Part shown: positions 11,130 to 27,026 of the stretch, one piece after another
Numbering within the stretch: position 1 is the first letter of the stretch
Layout of the letters: every line of letters starts with the position of its first letter
From: the human T2T-CHM13v2.0 reference genome, Homo sapiens
Direction of reading: 5' to 3'
Length of the DNA: 64,000 bases
Assembly (NCBI GenBank): GCA_009914755.4
Contig: CP086569.2
Span: 5,920,001-5,984,000, forward strand
Program-made: the position numbers and the translations under genes
The notes under the pieces: generated by a model
Told to the model about the DNA's origin: nothing
What the model saw: the letters and a program-made list of their open reading frames with translations, nothing else
The model's database searches: none

Positions 11130-12500
11130 CTGCTTTTCAGATTTCATATAAGAATGAGGTCACGTGCTATTTGCCTTTCTGATACCTGGCCTATGTCACT
11201 AAAGAAAATGGCATGGACGCATTCAGCGGATTCACACGTATTGTCACAAGTGGCAGGATTTCCTTATTTATTACTGCAGTGCATTTTTCCATTGTGCATA
11301 TGTGTTTTTGCCCCATTTTTTTAATCCACTTATCAATTGAGGGACACTCAGGTTGCTTCCGTGTTTTGGCTACAGCAAAAATGTAAAGAGTGCAGCAATA
11401 ATTGCATGGGTGCATACACTGCTTCAACATACTGATTTGTGTACTTGTGGGTGTGCCCCAGTATTCTGATTTGCTGGATCACATGATGGGTGGTTCTACT
11501 TGTAGAGTTCTGAAGGCTCTATACTTAAATAAAAGCCATAAAGCTTCTTGTAATGCCTGCACTAAATTACATTCTCACCAAAAGTGCACAAGGATTTCCT
11601 TTTCTCCTCATCCTCACCAGAAATGAGGGTTTTTTGTTTGTTTGTTTGTTTGTTTTGTCTTTTGGATAATAGGTATTCTGACTGAAGTGAGAAGAAATCT
11701 CATTGTGTTTTTGATTTGCATTTTCCTGATGGATTAGGGATGATGAGTGCTTTTTAGTGTGTCTTCTGGGCAACTGTATGTCTTAGTTTCACAGATGAAT
11801 ATTCACATCCTTAATCCATTTCTTTTCATGCTATTGATTGTTGGGAGTTCCTTATGTACTGTGAATATTCACCCATTAACAGATGTATAGTGATCCAATA
11901 ATTTCTCCCATCCTGTAGGATGTCCCTTCCATCTGTTTAGTTTTCTGTGGTGTGCCAAAGCACTTTAGTTTGATATAACCCCATTCTCTGTTTTTGATGG
12001 TGTTTACTGTGCTCTTGCAGTCACTTTGAGACCATCACGGCCCACACAGATGGCCATGGAGCTTCTTCCTTGTGATTTCTTCTGGTAATTTTATTGTTTC
12101 AGATGCGACACTGGAGTTTGGTGATAAATAATCCACCTGTAAAATCCTTTATGTGGCTCTTCAGATTTCCCCAACCTAGTTTATAGAAGATACTTGATTT
12201 TGCACTGGACGTTCTTGCTTCTTTGGGAAAAGGCTGTGAGCTGCAAATGGAGTGACTTAGTTGTGGGCTTTTATTGTTTTTCCTAAGCTCTAGTCTCTGC
12301 TTTTCTGCCAGTGCTATTGTATTTTGATACACAAAGCTTTGTAGTAGTATATCATGAAGTTAGGTAGTGTGGTGGCTCCAGCTTTGTGCTTTTTACCGGA
12401 TTGCTCTGGGTTTTCAGGATCTTCTGCCATTTCATAGCAAATTTAGGATTCTCAGATGGTTTTTCTAAGAAGAATGGGTCATTGATATTTTTACAGGGGT
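11130..12500 (-). mobile_element. Old L1 (L1M/L1P-like) 3' portion, antisense on the + strand.
   Basis: Aligns to the antisense of the L1 ORF2 C-terminal and 3' region (e.g. ..tttgatttgcattttcctgatgg..atgagtgctttttagtgtgtcttctgggcaactgtatgtc..). Degenerate, with no intact ORF. Confidence 0.6.
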
Positions 12501-12579
12501 TGTATAGAATCTGAGGATGACTCAGGTAGTAGTGATGTCAATGCCGTTTAGACAATGTGTGTGTTTGTGTGCACATGCT

Positions 12580-14030
12580 CAGGGCCAAGAGACACTGGGT
12601 GTCCTCACCAATACTGAGGTGGGCCTGAATGTCCAGCCAGATTGCCTTCTGGAAACACACAGAAGGTCCCGTTCCATTTTGCCATCTCTTCACATTTCCT
12701 CCCCTGTGAGCCCTGTGTGGTCCTCCAGATTCCCTGTGCAGTGGCCTGCCTATTTGGGGGGTGGGGAGTTGCTGGGTGAATGAGGATGGCGGAGGGGACC
12801 AAGCATGTCAGGGGAGCGTGGTGTCATCCAAACGGGACGTAGCAGGCCTGGGAGAGCCATTCTGGGAGGACGCAGACCTAGAGAGGCCTCAGGTAGGCAT
12901 CTGTGTGGAGGGTGAGAGAGCCCTGGTTGATCCCAAACTGAACCCCAGGTAGTAGCAAGCCTCAGGACAGGGAAGGAGCTAGCAAGGGATGATGAGGCAG
13001 CTATCTCTTCATCCTGGCTTCCCACCCATTGACCTTAGCTACTTATGCCTATTAAGTGGATTAGGGTTCCCCCATCATGAAATGTGGGTACTACAGTTCC
13101 CTGATGGGCCTTTCTCCACCAGCCCATGATGGCCTGAGTTTGCTTACTGCAGTCTCCTCCCTGAGCCTTGGCTTCTCTATGTGTGTCCTAACTCCAGGAC
13201 CCACAGGCCTGTCAACCCCCAGCCCTGGGCTGCTTCCCTGGCCTCTTCTCTGTTCCCTCTCTGAGGGCCTAACTCCCTTGCATAGTGCTGCAGAATATTG
13301 AGCCACAGGCCCTGGCTGATGATCTGGGGGACTGGGCAAAGTGTTCATCACAGGTCAGGTTCTGGTTCAAAGCCAGTTCTTCCGATGCCAAAGAATGACC
13401 AACAGGGTCATTTCTCATGACCCCCCATAGCCACCTCACCTCAGCAATCCTGCCATACCCTGGACAGTCACAGTAAATCAACCAACTGAAGAAGCTCAGT
13501 TAGGCAGTGCTCTGCCTGAAACTGGGGCCTTCACCTGCATGACCCTAGAACCACTGGACTGCAGTGGAGCCAGTTGCCCTGTATCCTGGAGGGAGAGAAT
13601 TCAGAAAGGCTCATGCCAGGCCCAGCTTCCCACATACCACTCCCTCTACCATGCGGGGAGGCGCTCCTCATTGCAGATGCCAATGCAATACTCCTTAGTG
13701 ATCACTTCAATGCAGAAGTAAATGTTGTGATGAAAGGCAAATTTCTTCCTACCACTTGTTCTCAGGATGGCTGAGTTCTTCCACCTGCCTGTCTGAGAAG
13801 GAGAAAGAGATGGTCAAGGGACAATTTCATCTAGGTGGGCTGAGGTGGCCTGCTAGCTGGGGTGAAGCATGTGTTTCCCCTTCCCAGCTCTCCCACTGAG
13901 ACACCCCTGAGTCCCAGGAGGACCTCAAACTGACCAGGACCTTAGCACCCTCCCCTAGAACCAGGCTTTCCATCCTGACCTGCAAATCCAACATGCAGCT
14001 TTGAAGGACTTTCTCATGGTTTCAGAGATA
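12580..14030 (-). pseudogene. Third, 5'-truncated copy (E) of the diverged TSPY-family paralogue. Carries exon-2(part) to exon-5-like segments, in the same orientation as the arm-1 copy A.
   Basis: Colinear with arm 1 ~2380-3850 (e.g. 12590 vs 2397; 13981 vs 3820). Contains ..KFAFHHNIYFCIEVITKEYCIGI.. (exon-3-like) and ..DCPGYGRIAEV.. (exon-4-like, ORF 13269-13481). No exon-1 or CpG island. Bounded on its 5' side by an old L1 fragment. Confidence 0.65.
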
Positions 14031-16081
14031 CTTCCTCTCACCAGAAATAATCAGAACTTTTAAACTGTTCTTTATGCCAAATTAAATTTTTCATTTGTAC
14101 TACCTCATGTTTTGGATGAGGCATGTATTTTTAAATTTATTTTCGCCCTTATTGTACCTCTGTGATAAACTGCTTACTTACATCCATACCATAATTATCT
14201 TTCAGTGTTATTGTCTGTTCCTAAAGATTCACTGAAACTAAGAATTCTATTTATGCTTGTATCTTTCAGCAACCATATGTGAGATAATGATGCACATTAC
14301 TGCAGACATCACAGATACAGGTCCAAAGGGAAATGAAGAAGAAGAAGAAGAAAGCAAGCTTTAAAGTCTATACATTCCTAACACTGTATCAGAAACTCAC
14401 CAATAACATGAAATCAAAGAATGATAACAGCAAATTCCATTTCATACCTAGACTGAAATATGAAACTTCAAAAGAAAAGAAAGTTAAGAACTTTGGGTTT
14501 GTAAAAATTTTCCTATATAGATAAAATTATTGGTAACTTTGTATCACTAGAAAACATAAACGAAAATCCATGTTTTGCATATTTGTAAATATAAATGTTT
14601 TTATTTCCATCAGTTATGACATGCAAGCAAGTAATAAAGTGAAAGTACATTACAATGATATATGGAACTTTCTCAGTCTCAAAATATTCCATTGAGACTA
14701 TTAATTTTATGAAAACCACAAAGAATGCTTCATGCAACTATATTATACAGTACTTTTTAGTATTTTACTTACATTTTAAATAATTAACAAAGGGAATTCT
14801 TCAACATTATTTATTACAAATACCATTATTTTCCTTGAGTAATACTGTTGAAATTAAGTATTTTAAATAAAATATTAAAAACAAATTATATTGACTGATT
14901 TCAGCTTTGGATGAAATCATGCTTGTGTATTTGTAGTAATGTGAAGTATAACTTTCTCCTCACAATTAATCTTTCATAACACCAGTGTTATTGTTTTCTC
15001 TGACAACAACATTGTGATATCTCACAGCTTTACTGTACATATACACTACATGCCTCCAGAGAGTAGGCTTCAAACATATGGAAAAATTATATTTGTGACA
15101 AAATTCTAGGAAAGGGAATGGTAAAATGGGAGAATAATTTCTAACTTTCTAACTGTTGATCAATGGATTTGTGTATATTTAGATATAGACACATATTTGC
15201 ACACTGTGAGTTTGCCCATGTACATATACATTTACAAGAGATACCTATAATATGTGGGTTGTGTAATCTTTTAATTAATCCACAATTGTATATGTGTGAA
15301 ATTTGATAAGCGGTTACCTTTTCTATACTCAATTTGATGGAAAGACAAAAAAATCTCTGTCAACATTCATTTCAATTAATCCAATACTGTTAACTGCTGA
15401 TAGCTTCATTCTCCTTGTTCTCTTTTGGCAACCTGAAAGTTAATTCTCACTCTAATTCAGCTCTCAGGGTGCAATCCAGAAGACAGTGTTATCTTGCTAT
15501 GGATTGTGACCTCTGACTCCACCTCTTTCTTCCTAGAGCAGTCCTACCTTTGCATATTTAATAAACTTTGTACATGGTTAAATGGATAAAAGTTCAGTGA
15601 AATGTCAAGCCATGCTGTGAAATGTTCCATTATTTCTGTATCTCTAAGTGTCCTTTCATGTTATAGAGGCAAGAAAAATAATTCAACGTGTTTCTTAGTA
15701 TCCAGTCCAATGCACTCTTTCTTACTAATATGCCAAACCTATCCCTTCAAGGCCCTGACATCTAAACATGGCTGGATGTCTCAAAATCTCTTCTTGTTAA
15801 TAACCATTATGTTAATCACTGTTGCCCAGAACTGGAATTCAACTGTGAAATCCCCTGGTGGCAATTTCTGTAATGGCTCAAACTATGGGAATGACTATTT
15901 TTTACCTGAAAATACCTGATGAGCATATACATATGCTATGTACATGAACATATTGTACATTAACAACATACCTTCACTGCCAGTAAATAATAGGTGAGCC
16001 AAACTGAGCTCAGGTGCTCCCACAAACCAAGCTTTTTCCTCCACAGATTTCTTTTTATGTCAAAAAAAAAAAAGCAACTCC

Positions 16082-16700
<619 letters not shown>

Positions 16701-16839
16701 ACCCTATGAGAAAGGTGAATAGAACAAAAAACAATTAGAAAAATAATACCCACTGCTAAAGTTTGCCACAGAAAAGATTAAACATTTCACCAACTTCTAT
16801 CTTCTGTAATGGAAGCCAAAGTTATTTGGACCAACCCTC

Positions 16840-17195
16840 CTGTCTTAGTTAATTTTCACGCTGCTGATAAAGACATACCTGAGACTGGGAAGAAAAGGAC
16901 GTTTAATTGGACTTACACTTCCACATGGCTGGGGAGGTCTGAGAATCATGGTATAGGAATAAAGGCACTTCTTACATGGCAATGCCAAGAGAGAATGAGA
17001 AAGAACCAAAAGCGGAAATCTCTGAAAAACCCATCAGATCTCTTGAGACTTATTCACTATCACAAGAATAGCATGAGAAAGACCAGCCCCCATGATTCAA
17101 TTACCTCCCCCTGGGTCCCACCTGCAACACGTGGGAATTCTGGGAGATACAATTGAAGTTGAGATTTGAATGGAGACACACCAAACCATGTCACT
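16840..17195 (-). mobile_element. MaLR-type (THE1/MST-like) solo LTR, antisense.
   Basis: Reverse complement resembles the THE1/MST LTR consensus (tgatatggtttggtgtgtctccattcaaatctcaacttcaattgtatctcccagaattcccacgtgttgcaggtgggacccagg...). Identified from memory of the consensus, not checked against a library. Confidence 0.5.
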
Positions 17196-19089
17196 TCCCA
17201 AACCATTAAAAATTCCCAGTGGAAGAAACATTAATTATATCAAAAAGTGGTGGACCAAGAAGGAACTATTAGCCTCATATCTCAAGAAAGGCTCTAGTCA
17301 AGGCCTAGGGACTACTCAGGAAAAGAGTTTAATAGCCAACTCTCTCCCAGTGGATCTGGATTCCACCAGACCGTATCTTCACAGTAATGGTGAAACAGAA
17401 GTAAACCCATTCCTATTTCCAAGCTCAAGGAACTTTGGTCAAAGTTCTCTTGGAGCTGAGCAGAAGAAGGAGGCAAACAGAAACAATTTGTGTCCCTGAG
17501 AAGTCATGGCCACAGGCTGGCTATCACACAGATTGTCAAGCCAGTTCCATATTGCATGGGTATTATAGAAAATCTCAAAACATAAATTTGTGTGTGGGTT
17601 GTCCTAGAGTAGCAGGATCGGGCAGAAGCAAATTTCCTTCTAACTCTCAAAGAACCCACATAAATCTTGTTACATTTGGGATTTTACCATTTGTTTCACG
17701 AATGAGAATGGACTTTAGTTTTCATATCTTTTTATCTACTCAGTTTATGTCTTGTTGGCTTCAAAGTCCTGCTTGCCTCACAGAATAAGTTTAGGATTTT
17801 CCCTTTTTTATTTTATAGAATTCTTCATATATATTGAAATGCTCTGCCTGGGGAAAAAATCTGAGCCTATTGTTTTGTCTCTAGGAACAATCCTTTATTT
17901 CCTTGAACATTTATGAGACTATTCAGATTATATATGTCTTCTTATATCAATTTTACCAAGCTATATACATAGATTATATTTATCTTTATATATTATATAT
18001 AAATATAAGATGTAAATATAAAAAATTAAATATGAAAATATATATAGAAAGCTATATATATGTCTATATATATAGACAGATTATAAATATCTGTCTATTT
18101 GATCTAAGTTTTCAAATTTGTAGGATGAAGTGTTAATCATATTTCCTTATTAGCTTCTTAATCTATACTGTATCTATAGTTATGTATCTTTTAAATTCTT
18201 AGTTTTATTTGTGCTTTCTCCCTTTTTATCTAAACTTGCCTGAGGTTTGTACCATTTACTATATTTCTCCAACAACCAAAAGTTAGCTTTGTATGTTTTA
18301 CTAATTTTCCCTGCATCATTATCCCCTCACTTTAGTTTTTCAGAATTGATGCTGCTGTTTCTTTTCTAATACTTTATTTAAATATCTAGTACATTAATTT
18401 TCAAGTTGTCATAGAAACATTTGTCTATAAACTCCTATTGTAATATCACTTTTCCTGCTATTCACAAATTTAATCTGTAATAATTTCAGTATCATTAAGT
18501 TCTCAGTACGCTTAAATTTCTATTATGATAACCATGAATTGCTGAGAAATAGTGGTTATAATTTTGTTGCTCAATTTCCACTTAATTTTATTTTAACTTG
18601 TGCTAATTCAATTGAAAATTCTTTACTAATTTTTTTAAATCTCATATCAAGACTTTTATTCACATGAATTGTTCTATAAATGCTCCCACCTTGAAGAACA
18701 CTCTCTTGTAGGCTGCTGCAACAGTCTGACTGGTTGCCCTCTAGGCCTCATTCAATTGTCTCATCCTAGGAATTTCATTCATTACCCTTTTACGAATTTA
18801 TCTCTCTCTTTTGTTCTGTCTCTTATTTTCTGCATTTCACATATTTGTCTGTCTTGGTTTACTTCTTCCTTTTGGTAGGAAAAAAATCTCTAGCAGTTTC
18901 CTGAGAAAAGCTTCACAGGGAGACAAAATTTTACAGTTGTCATATGTCTGAAAAATGTATGTTTTCTACTTGTATATTTGATTTTAGTCTATGTGGAAAC
19001 AAAAACATATGTCAGAAATTATTTTCTTTTAGAATTTTTAAAGCATAACTGTAATCCATTGCCTTCAGGTTTATAGTGATGGTGTTGAT

Positions 19090-19410
<321 letters not shown>

Positions 19411-20084
19411 AATGTTGACAATTTTTAAATCATCTGATTCCTCATCCTTTGTACCTGACCTATTTTTACCTCTCTGGAAACTTATGCAATTTTCTCTTTG
19501 TTCTCAGTGTTCTCAAATTTTACATTGATATATCTTGACATGAGTCTATTTTCATCTATTTTGCTAGGTGTTCACCTTTTAATCTATAAATAAGCATCCT
19601 GAAGTTCTGAGACTTTTTAATTATTTTGCCAACAATTTATTCCCCTGTGTTTTACTTATTTATTTTATTTCTATAACTCATATAATTAAAATAATTGGAA
19701 GAAATTATATTGGAGAAGAAGATAGCACCACACTGATTGTGTTTGTGTCAGACTATCACAGCTCAAGGTTGTCATATTTTATTAAGGAGAAATGTTGTAT
19801 TTCTTGGTATTCACATTGTAACCTGAAGAAGGGCAATGACTGTCAAAAATTTAAATGTATGGGTAATAGTTAGAAGATGCAAGCACTGTATCCTCCAGAA
19901 TTTTAGCATATGCAAACCTTTAAATTCCAGGCAAGTTGACTTAAGCTTCAACATTCTGCCAGCTAAAATGAATCCATTTGTGCTAATTTCTGTGATCAAA
20001 GGTGAATAAGACATTGTTCCTGCCTTCAGTGATAGCTCAGTCCAAAGGGAGACAAGTAGAAATGGTATAAAACGAGCGATACTA

Positions 20085-20400
20085 GTCTGCATGTAGTGGC
20101 TCACGCCTATAACCCCAGCACTTTGGGAGGGCAAGGCGGGAGGGTCATGAGGTCAGGAGATTGGGGCAATCCTGGCTAACATGGTAAAACCCCATCTCTA
20201 CAAAAAATTAGCCAGGCATGGTGGGAGTACTTGGGAGAATACTTGGGAGCCTCCCAGCTACCAGGGAGGCTGAGGCAGGAGAACTGCTTGAACTCAGGAG
20301 GCAGAGTTTGCAGTGAGCCAAGAACACGCCACTGCACTCTGGCCTAGGCAAAAGAACAAGACTCTGTCTCAAAAAAAAAAAAAAAAACAAACAAAAAAAA
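20085..20400 (+). mobile_element. Alu SINE with an internal 14-bp duplication and a poly(A) tail.
   Basis: Sequence ..gtagtggctcacgcctataaccccagcactttgggagg..gggagtacttgggagaatacttgggagcc.. Confidence 0.85.
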
Positions 20401-20871
20401 GGAGAGTAATATGTAAAGTGTGCTATAAAAACTGAGAAAAGGGACAGAATATCTGTGACAGATAACTTGTTTCGGGCAGTGGGAAATGAGGAGGTCTGTG
20501 TATGCCTTCACTGTGTCACATTTGATTACAGGCAGAAATAAATGAATCTTAATATTTATGGGGTCACAGACCCTTTTTAAAAATGATGAAATTTATGATA
20601 ATTCTTTCAATAAACATTTATAGAACATACATATATATTTTGCTTACTAACTCAGAATGTGCATCAAGAGCTCTGGATATAGGAGAATGAGTAGAAATAT
20701 TTTAGGCAGAAAAGAAGGGAAGGGGAGTCCAAACAGAGGAAACAGCCTGTGTCAGAGCCTGGAGACAAAAAAGCTTGTGCATTATTGGAATCAAGGTGAC
20801 TATAAGATAATTCAGGGTGACTGGAGCATAGCTGGAAGATGAACCAGTCATGGTATAAGATGAAAACAGAA

Positions 20872-21332
<461 letters not shown>

Positions 21333-21499
21333 TCAAAAACAAACAAATGAAAATAGAACATAAGTAGATATCCAGAGATAAGGCATGAAGTATCTCAAAT
21401 ATCAGTCATGCACTTTGTTTACTCAGAGACAACACCAGGATTGATTAAAATTATGCACATCATGTCAACCCTCTTCTAAATGTTAACAAATATAACTGG

Positions 21500-21507
21500 A
21501 ACAGTTA

Positions 21508-21539
<32 letters not shown>

Positions 21540-21720
21540 TACGTGTGTGTGTGAGAGAGATGGAGTTTCACTCATATATATATACATACACACATATATG
21601 TATATATGTGTGTGTATACATAAATGTATATATGTGGGTGTGTGTGTATATATATATATGAAAGAGTGAAACTCCATCGCTCATACACACACACACAGAC
21701 ACACACACATACATATATGC
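21500..21720. repeat. Complex (CA)n/(TA)n/(GT)n microsatellite containing a ~17-bp inverted repeat (gagatggagtttcactc / gagtgaaactccatc).
   Basis: Direct reading of 21520-21700. The two arms, at ~21558-21577 and ~21660-21680, are reverse complements. Confidence 0.85.
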
Positions 21721-24700
21721 TTGGCCACTTTAATTCCTCTATAATGGAATTCTGAGCAGCATGCTTGAGGGTAAATATCAGGACCTGCAGGCAGTCAGCC
21801 TGTGCTAGAAATACTCAGTGTGTTTTTTCACATTATACACTTTCATCTTCTGAGTGTACTGCCTGAGGCTATTGTTCTCTTCATATCTTGCAGATCTTTC
21901 TGGGGAAAAGGCAACATGCATCAACAGGTTTTTTGCTAAGGGTCTTCTAATTAATTGGAGGACTTTTCAGTTGAAAAATATCTAAGGACAAGATTTTTTC
22001 TCTTTTGGCTCAGGAAACTGCAGGCATCAGTTGCACACCAATATTTAACTGTAACACAGCTATTAAGTCATATCCATTGCCTTAAACAAAATGTACAGAA
22101 TTCAGTATTTTTAGTTACACCAAACACTATATAGGGTTTGCAGTTAATCATTTTTATATTCTATATTCTCTTTGATATTGAACATAGAACTTCAAGAAGA
22201 GGGTCACACAATGATTTATTCAGCAAATATTTATAGAGTTGTGTGTATCAAAAACTGTGGTAAGTGCTGAGATTAGAAAACATACCATGTATCTGCTTTC
22301 AACATGTTCTCATTCTATTAAATGTTGTAATAACACAACATTGAGTCCTAAAAGTGTCAAAAGAGAAGTACACACAAAAAAAGAGCTAGGCAAATACATT
22401 ATGACAACTTAGAGCTGGTGTCAGTTAAAGACAGATCTTCAAGGAGCATAAATGCCAGGAAAGAAAGTTTAGAACAAACTGTCTACATAAAGGCAAGTTT
22501 TTTTTGTTATTGTTTTTTCATAGGAAAATAAGATCTGAGTTTCACGAAGGTTATAAGACTAACTGCAATATATAGGATGGGTTGAAGATCAGCAAGAGAA
22601 ACAGAAGGTGAGTTATGAGTTTTATTAAGTGGTTCAACTAATAGCTGATGGTGGCCTGGGCAAGGAAAGTGGAAGAAAGGACTGGAAGAAAGAGGCAGAT
22701 GCAAGAATCATTGCAAAGATAAAATGCAAAAGTCTTGGAATGAGTTTTCAAGTTGAGGCTAGTAAAAAATATTGTGGGATTCTTGGCATTCATCTATCCA
22801 TCAAATTATTCAATGAATCTTTATTAAGATTCAAGATTATTATTGATCTTCATTATTATTTGAGATTATTAAATTTATTATTCACTGAATAATAAATATT
22901 CAATGAATATTTAATACTATGCAACAAGCACTGTGCTGGGTTCTGGAGGTACAGCAATGAATATGGGGTTAATGGTCCCTGACTTCTTTAAGCTTTATGT
23001 ACAGGGAGAGACAGATAATAAATAAAAGTCACAAGCAATTGTAAATGCTGTGAAGGAAACTTTGGGATGCTGAAAGAGAGTAACAGACGGTAGTGATGGT
23101 TGGTATAACAGACAGAACTATTGGATTTTGGGAACTAAGTGAAGCTTTCTCCAAGGAATTCCTATTTGATATATCAGAAAGAGCAACCATTGCAAAAGAG
23201 TGAGAAAACAGCTGCCAACTCTCTAGAATAGGACAATTTTGGCATAGTTCTGTGTTTGAAGAAAAGAGAGTTGCTAATGTGCAGAATAATGCTGAGAATT
23301 TGAGTAAGAGGAAAATGGTAAAGTAACCAGTGGTTTTAATAATACAGATGGGAATGCTGTCCTTGATAAAAGTAGTTCCAGTGGAATGAGACCAAAACCA
23401 AATTGAACTGAACTGAAAAGCCAGTGGGAAGAAATGAGAGAAGTGGGTACAGCATGCTTAGTGGAGAAAAGTAATGAAGGGGTAGGCGGCAGGGGCTTAA
23501 ACAATGGGAAAAATTCTAATTTATAAAAGCAATATAAGAATTTAGATCACAGTTGTATATGTATACTGAGCTGGTAGAGATAGAGGGATTAACGTACATG
23601 AGAAAATAAAATTGAGAGCAGTGGATTTTTGTTTCTAGCACCTACAGTGCACTCTCACCTTGCCTGTGAGTTGGATAAATGGCTGAAAGCTGATTCTTTT
23701 TCAAAGTTGATTTCAATTTGGGAAAGAAGGGAGTAGGGAACAAAATGACATTGTAAACTGGATAGCAAAATAAGGATATTGAGTACATAGAGGAAGAGCT
23801 CAGGCACAAGAAGATCTTGTTCCTCAAACCACATGCTGCCTACTTTCTCATCTAGCTTCACATTAGCCCTACTCCAATTTCCAAAAGAACAATGATTGTT
23901 TCATTTAATCTAACCAAGAGCATTTTACACATCCTACCATATACATCTGTCATCTCAAAGAGGAAAGAGTATTTTAAGACTACAAATAAAAATAATGTAA
24001 TATTAAATTAAAATCAAGTAACAAATCTAGCTTCATTGAAAATCTGTCTATAATGATATCTTATTTTTTTTAAATTCTGCCGTGGAGTAGTGAAAATATT
24101 ATCCCAGTCTTGTGTCTGTCTGGAAATCAGTATTGGGAAATCACTAGAGTGATTGCTTTATGAAATCACTTCCTATTCAAATTCTATAATTCAGTTAATA
24201 ATTACAAAACATATCATATTTGAAGTAAAATAATTTCCTTTTTTATCTTCCATTCAAATATATCACAAATAACTCTTTCTTTCCAAGTCATCTTTGCAGT
24301 TCTTTCACCTATATAGGGATCTAAAGCAACACTTTGACACTCTCATCCATTTCAAAAGTCTCGTCTCCCAACTTTTCAGAGCCCACAGCATTTACAATAA
24401 ACATATCTCTCTGCACAGAAGATAATAGCTGGTTCTACGTTATCTGTCAGCCTAAATGTTGATTAAGACCTCAGTAATCACACTCCACCCTGCACAGATC
24501 TAAAATCACAAAATGCAGATTAATTCATGAGAACAGAAGGAAAGAATTGAAAGAAAAATGCTGTCTTGCTCAAAGAAAGGAAAACACAAAAGAAGTCCCA
24601 CTGCCTGCCTCATTTGGATATTTTTATTTTTAAAGTGTTCAAGCATCCTAGTATTTTTTTCATCACCCTTAAAGAGACAATTAAATATTGCATCAAATAG

Positions 24701-26662
24701 GATATTTAAAAAGATGACATGTTATAACAGGGGGACTCTAAACATGAGAATTATCACTGGCTCACTGAGACCTCTGATCTGCAGGCATATGATTGACGAC
24801 GCCTTTCTAATTCCAATAGCATGGGCCTGCAGCAAATTTTATTTTACTGCAAGGTCTACTTTATTGAATTCACTGCCTGTCCTAATTCTATATATTTTTG
24901 ATTAGTGGACCTTCAAAACTGATGTTAGTAAAAGGAAATTGTTTTCTGACATGCTAACATTTTAAAGCTAATCATTTTTTTTTAAATAAGCAGTTGAGTT
25001 TGCAGCATTCTGCTCCTGTTATGTTTTATTAGTGTTTGTACTTTAATTTGGTATGTTTGTTTTGGCATCACTCCAGCAGTAGGTCCAATTATAAAAATAG
25101 AAACAATTAGATTCACTGTGGTGACTGATATAAGCATTCCAAGCTTAGCTTTTAAAACAAAATGGTAGACTTGGCTCTTTCCAGAGTCCTGCAAATAAAA
25201 TGTATTGATTCTGTAGGGTTTTCTCTACTGTAGCTTTTTGAAATTTTGTCCCCACTCTTCACATGTCCAAATCCACAATCCCCTAAACAGCTTTTATTGA
25301 AAACCACAACCTCATCTCCTCCTTTTTTGAAGCAATTAAGTCCATCTAACTGGAGAGCCCAAGTACAGTTTATTTTCCTCTTTAAAATCTCTCTCCAGTG
25401 CTTTCTACACTATTGTCAAGTAATAGGGCCTTAATAAATCTTTATTAAATGACAGGTTGAATGAACTTGTCCTCTCTTCTCTTTTCTCTGACTTGCAGTA
25501 AAAGAAATTTCATTTTTCCAAGACTAACCTTTGTCAGTGATGTAGAATTTATCTGATTCTTTCCACTCAGGCCTTCTTCAAGACCTTGATTCATCATGTA
25601 TTTCTTCTAAGTCTAACTGTCTTTGGTATTCATTTCTTCATTGGCCACTGTGTGGCTTCCTAATAACACAGACAAATTTCTCAGTTTTGTGAAAGGCCTA
25701 AAGGGAATGGTGATTTGGACAAGGTATCTGCATTGGAATACTAGTTTGGTAGGCAATATGCTGTTGCTTTATATCTGTGTGGTGGAAATAAAACCATACA
25801 CTTGTGTGCTTTCCATATCTGAGTTTTATCTTAAAATAAAAAGGCAAAAATAAAAACAAGCAAAAAAAGAAACACATCGAGGACAAGAGGTTCCTTAAGG
25901 CTGATACAACTTAACATAGAGACCAGACCTGAAGAATCTCTTAGAAGAAAACAACAGGCCTCAGAAGTGACTTCAACCTTACTTGATTCGCAAACATAAG
26001 CAAAACTTAACTTCAGCTCTTTCTTGTAAATGTTTATATCTAAAAAAAAGAATGTAAACTCAACCAATTAGAAGCAGTTAACAAACTTATATGATTAGGA
26101 CTTCCCGATGGGACTGATCAAATGAGGCAACTGTGTAATTGTAACCAATCAAATACCATCTGCTTTAGTTCTGTGTGTGTTTTATAAAATTCTCCCCATT
26201 GTTTTCCCTTGATGGAGCTCCTGAATGGCTTCTACTTTGGAGCTGCACAATTCATGGAATATTTCTTGCTCAAACTCTTTAAAAATGTGCCTCAGTTTAC
26301 CTTTTAAGATTAGAAATGTAAGGCATTGGCTTCACAAGGTGAACAATTTCTAAAGGCTAAATAGTAACTCCTCTTCTAAGTCAAGCAATTTTCAATGCTT
26401 GTTTCAACAAAATTGAATGACTTGCAGTTGTCATGTATATAGTTTTCGGTATTTAATACATGAAGAATTCAAAGAATTGAGTGAAATTGCTTTAAAAATT
26501 CATTCTTCCATTCCTATATACATATTCACGGGAACAAAGTCTCTTTTTGACACTTCCATCCATAGAGAGAAAAAAGTAAAAATTGAATTAATAATGAATG
26601 CTGTCTCACTCTGGCATTTAGCAATAGTTTTCTAGTCTACAAGAGAGAATGAGAGTAAATGA

Positions 26663-27026
<364 letters not shown>

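Noticed and set aside
11402-11626. Plus-strand ORF with L1-like peptide (..HSHQKCTRISFSPHPHQK).
   Set aside because: DNA-level comparison shows this region is the antisense strand of an old L1 3' portion. The ORF is an accidental opposite-strand reading.
22860-23100. Possible old interspersed repeat (MIR/MER-like), with the motif ..ggtccctgacttctttaagctttatgtacagggagagacagataataaataaaagtcacaagcaattgtaaatgctgtgaagg..
   Set aside because: The resemblance to a known consensus is from vague memory only. Not confident enough to annotate without RepeatMasker.
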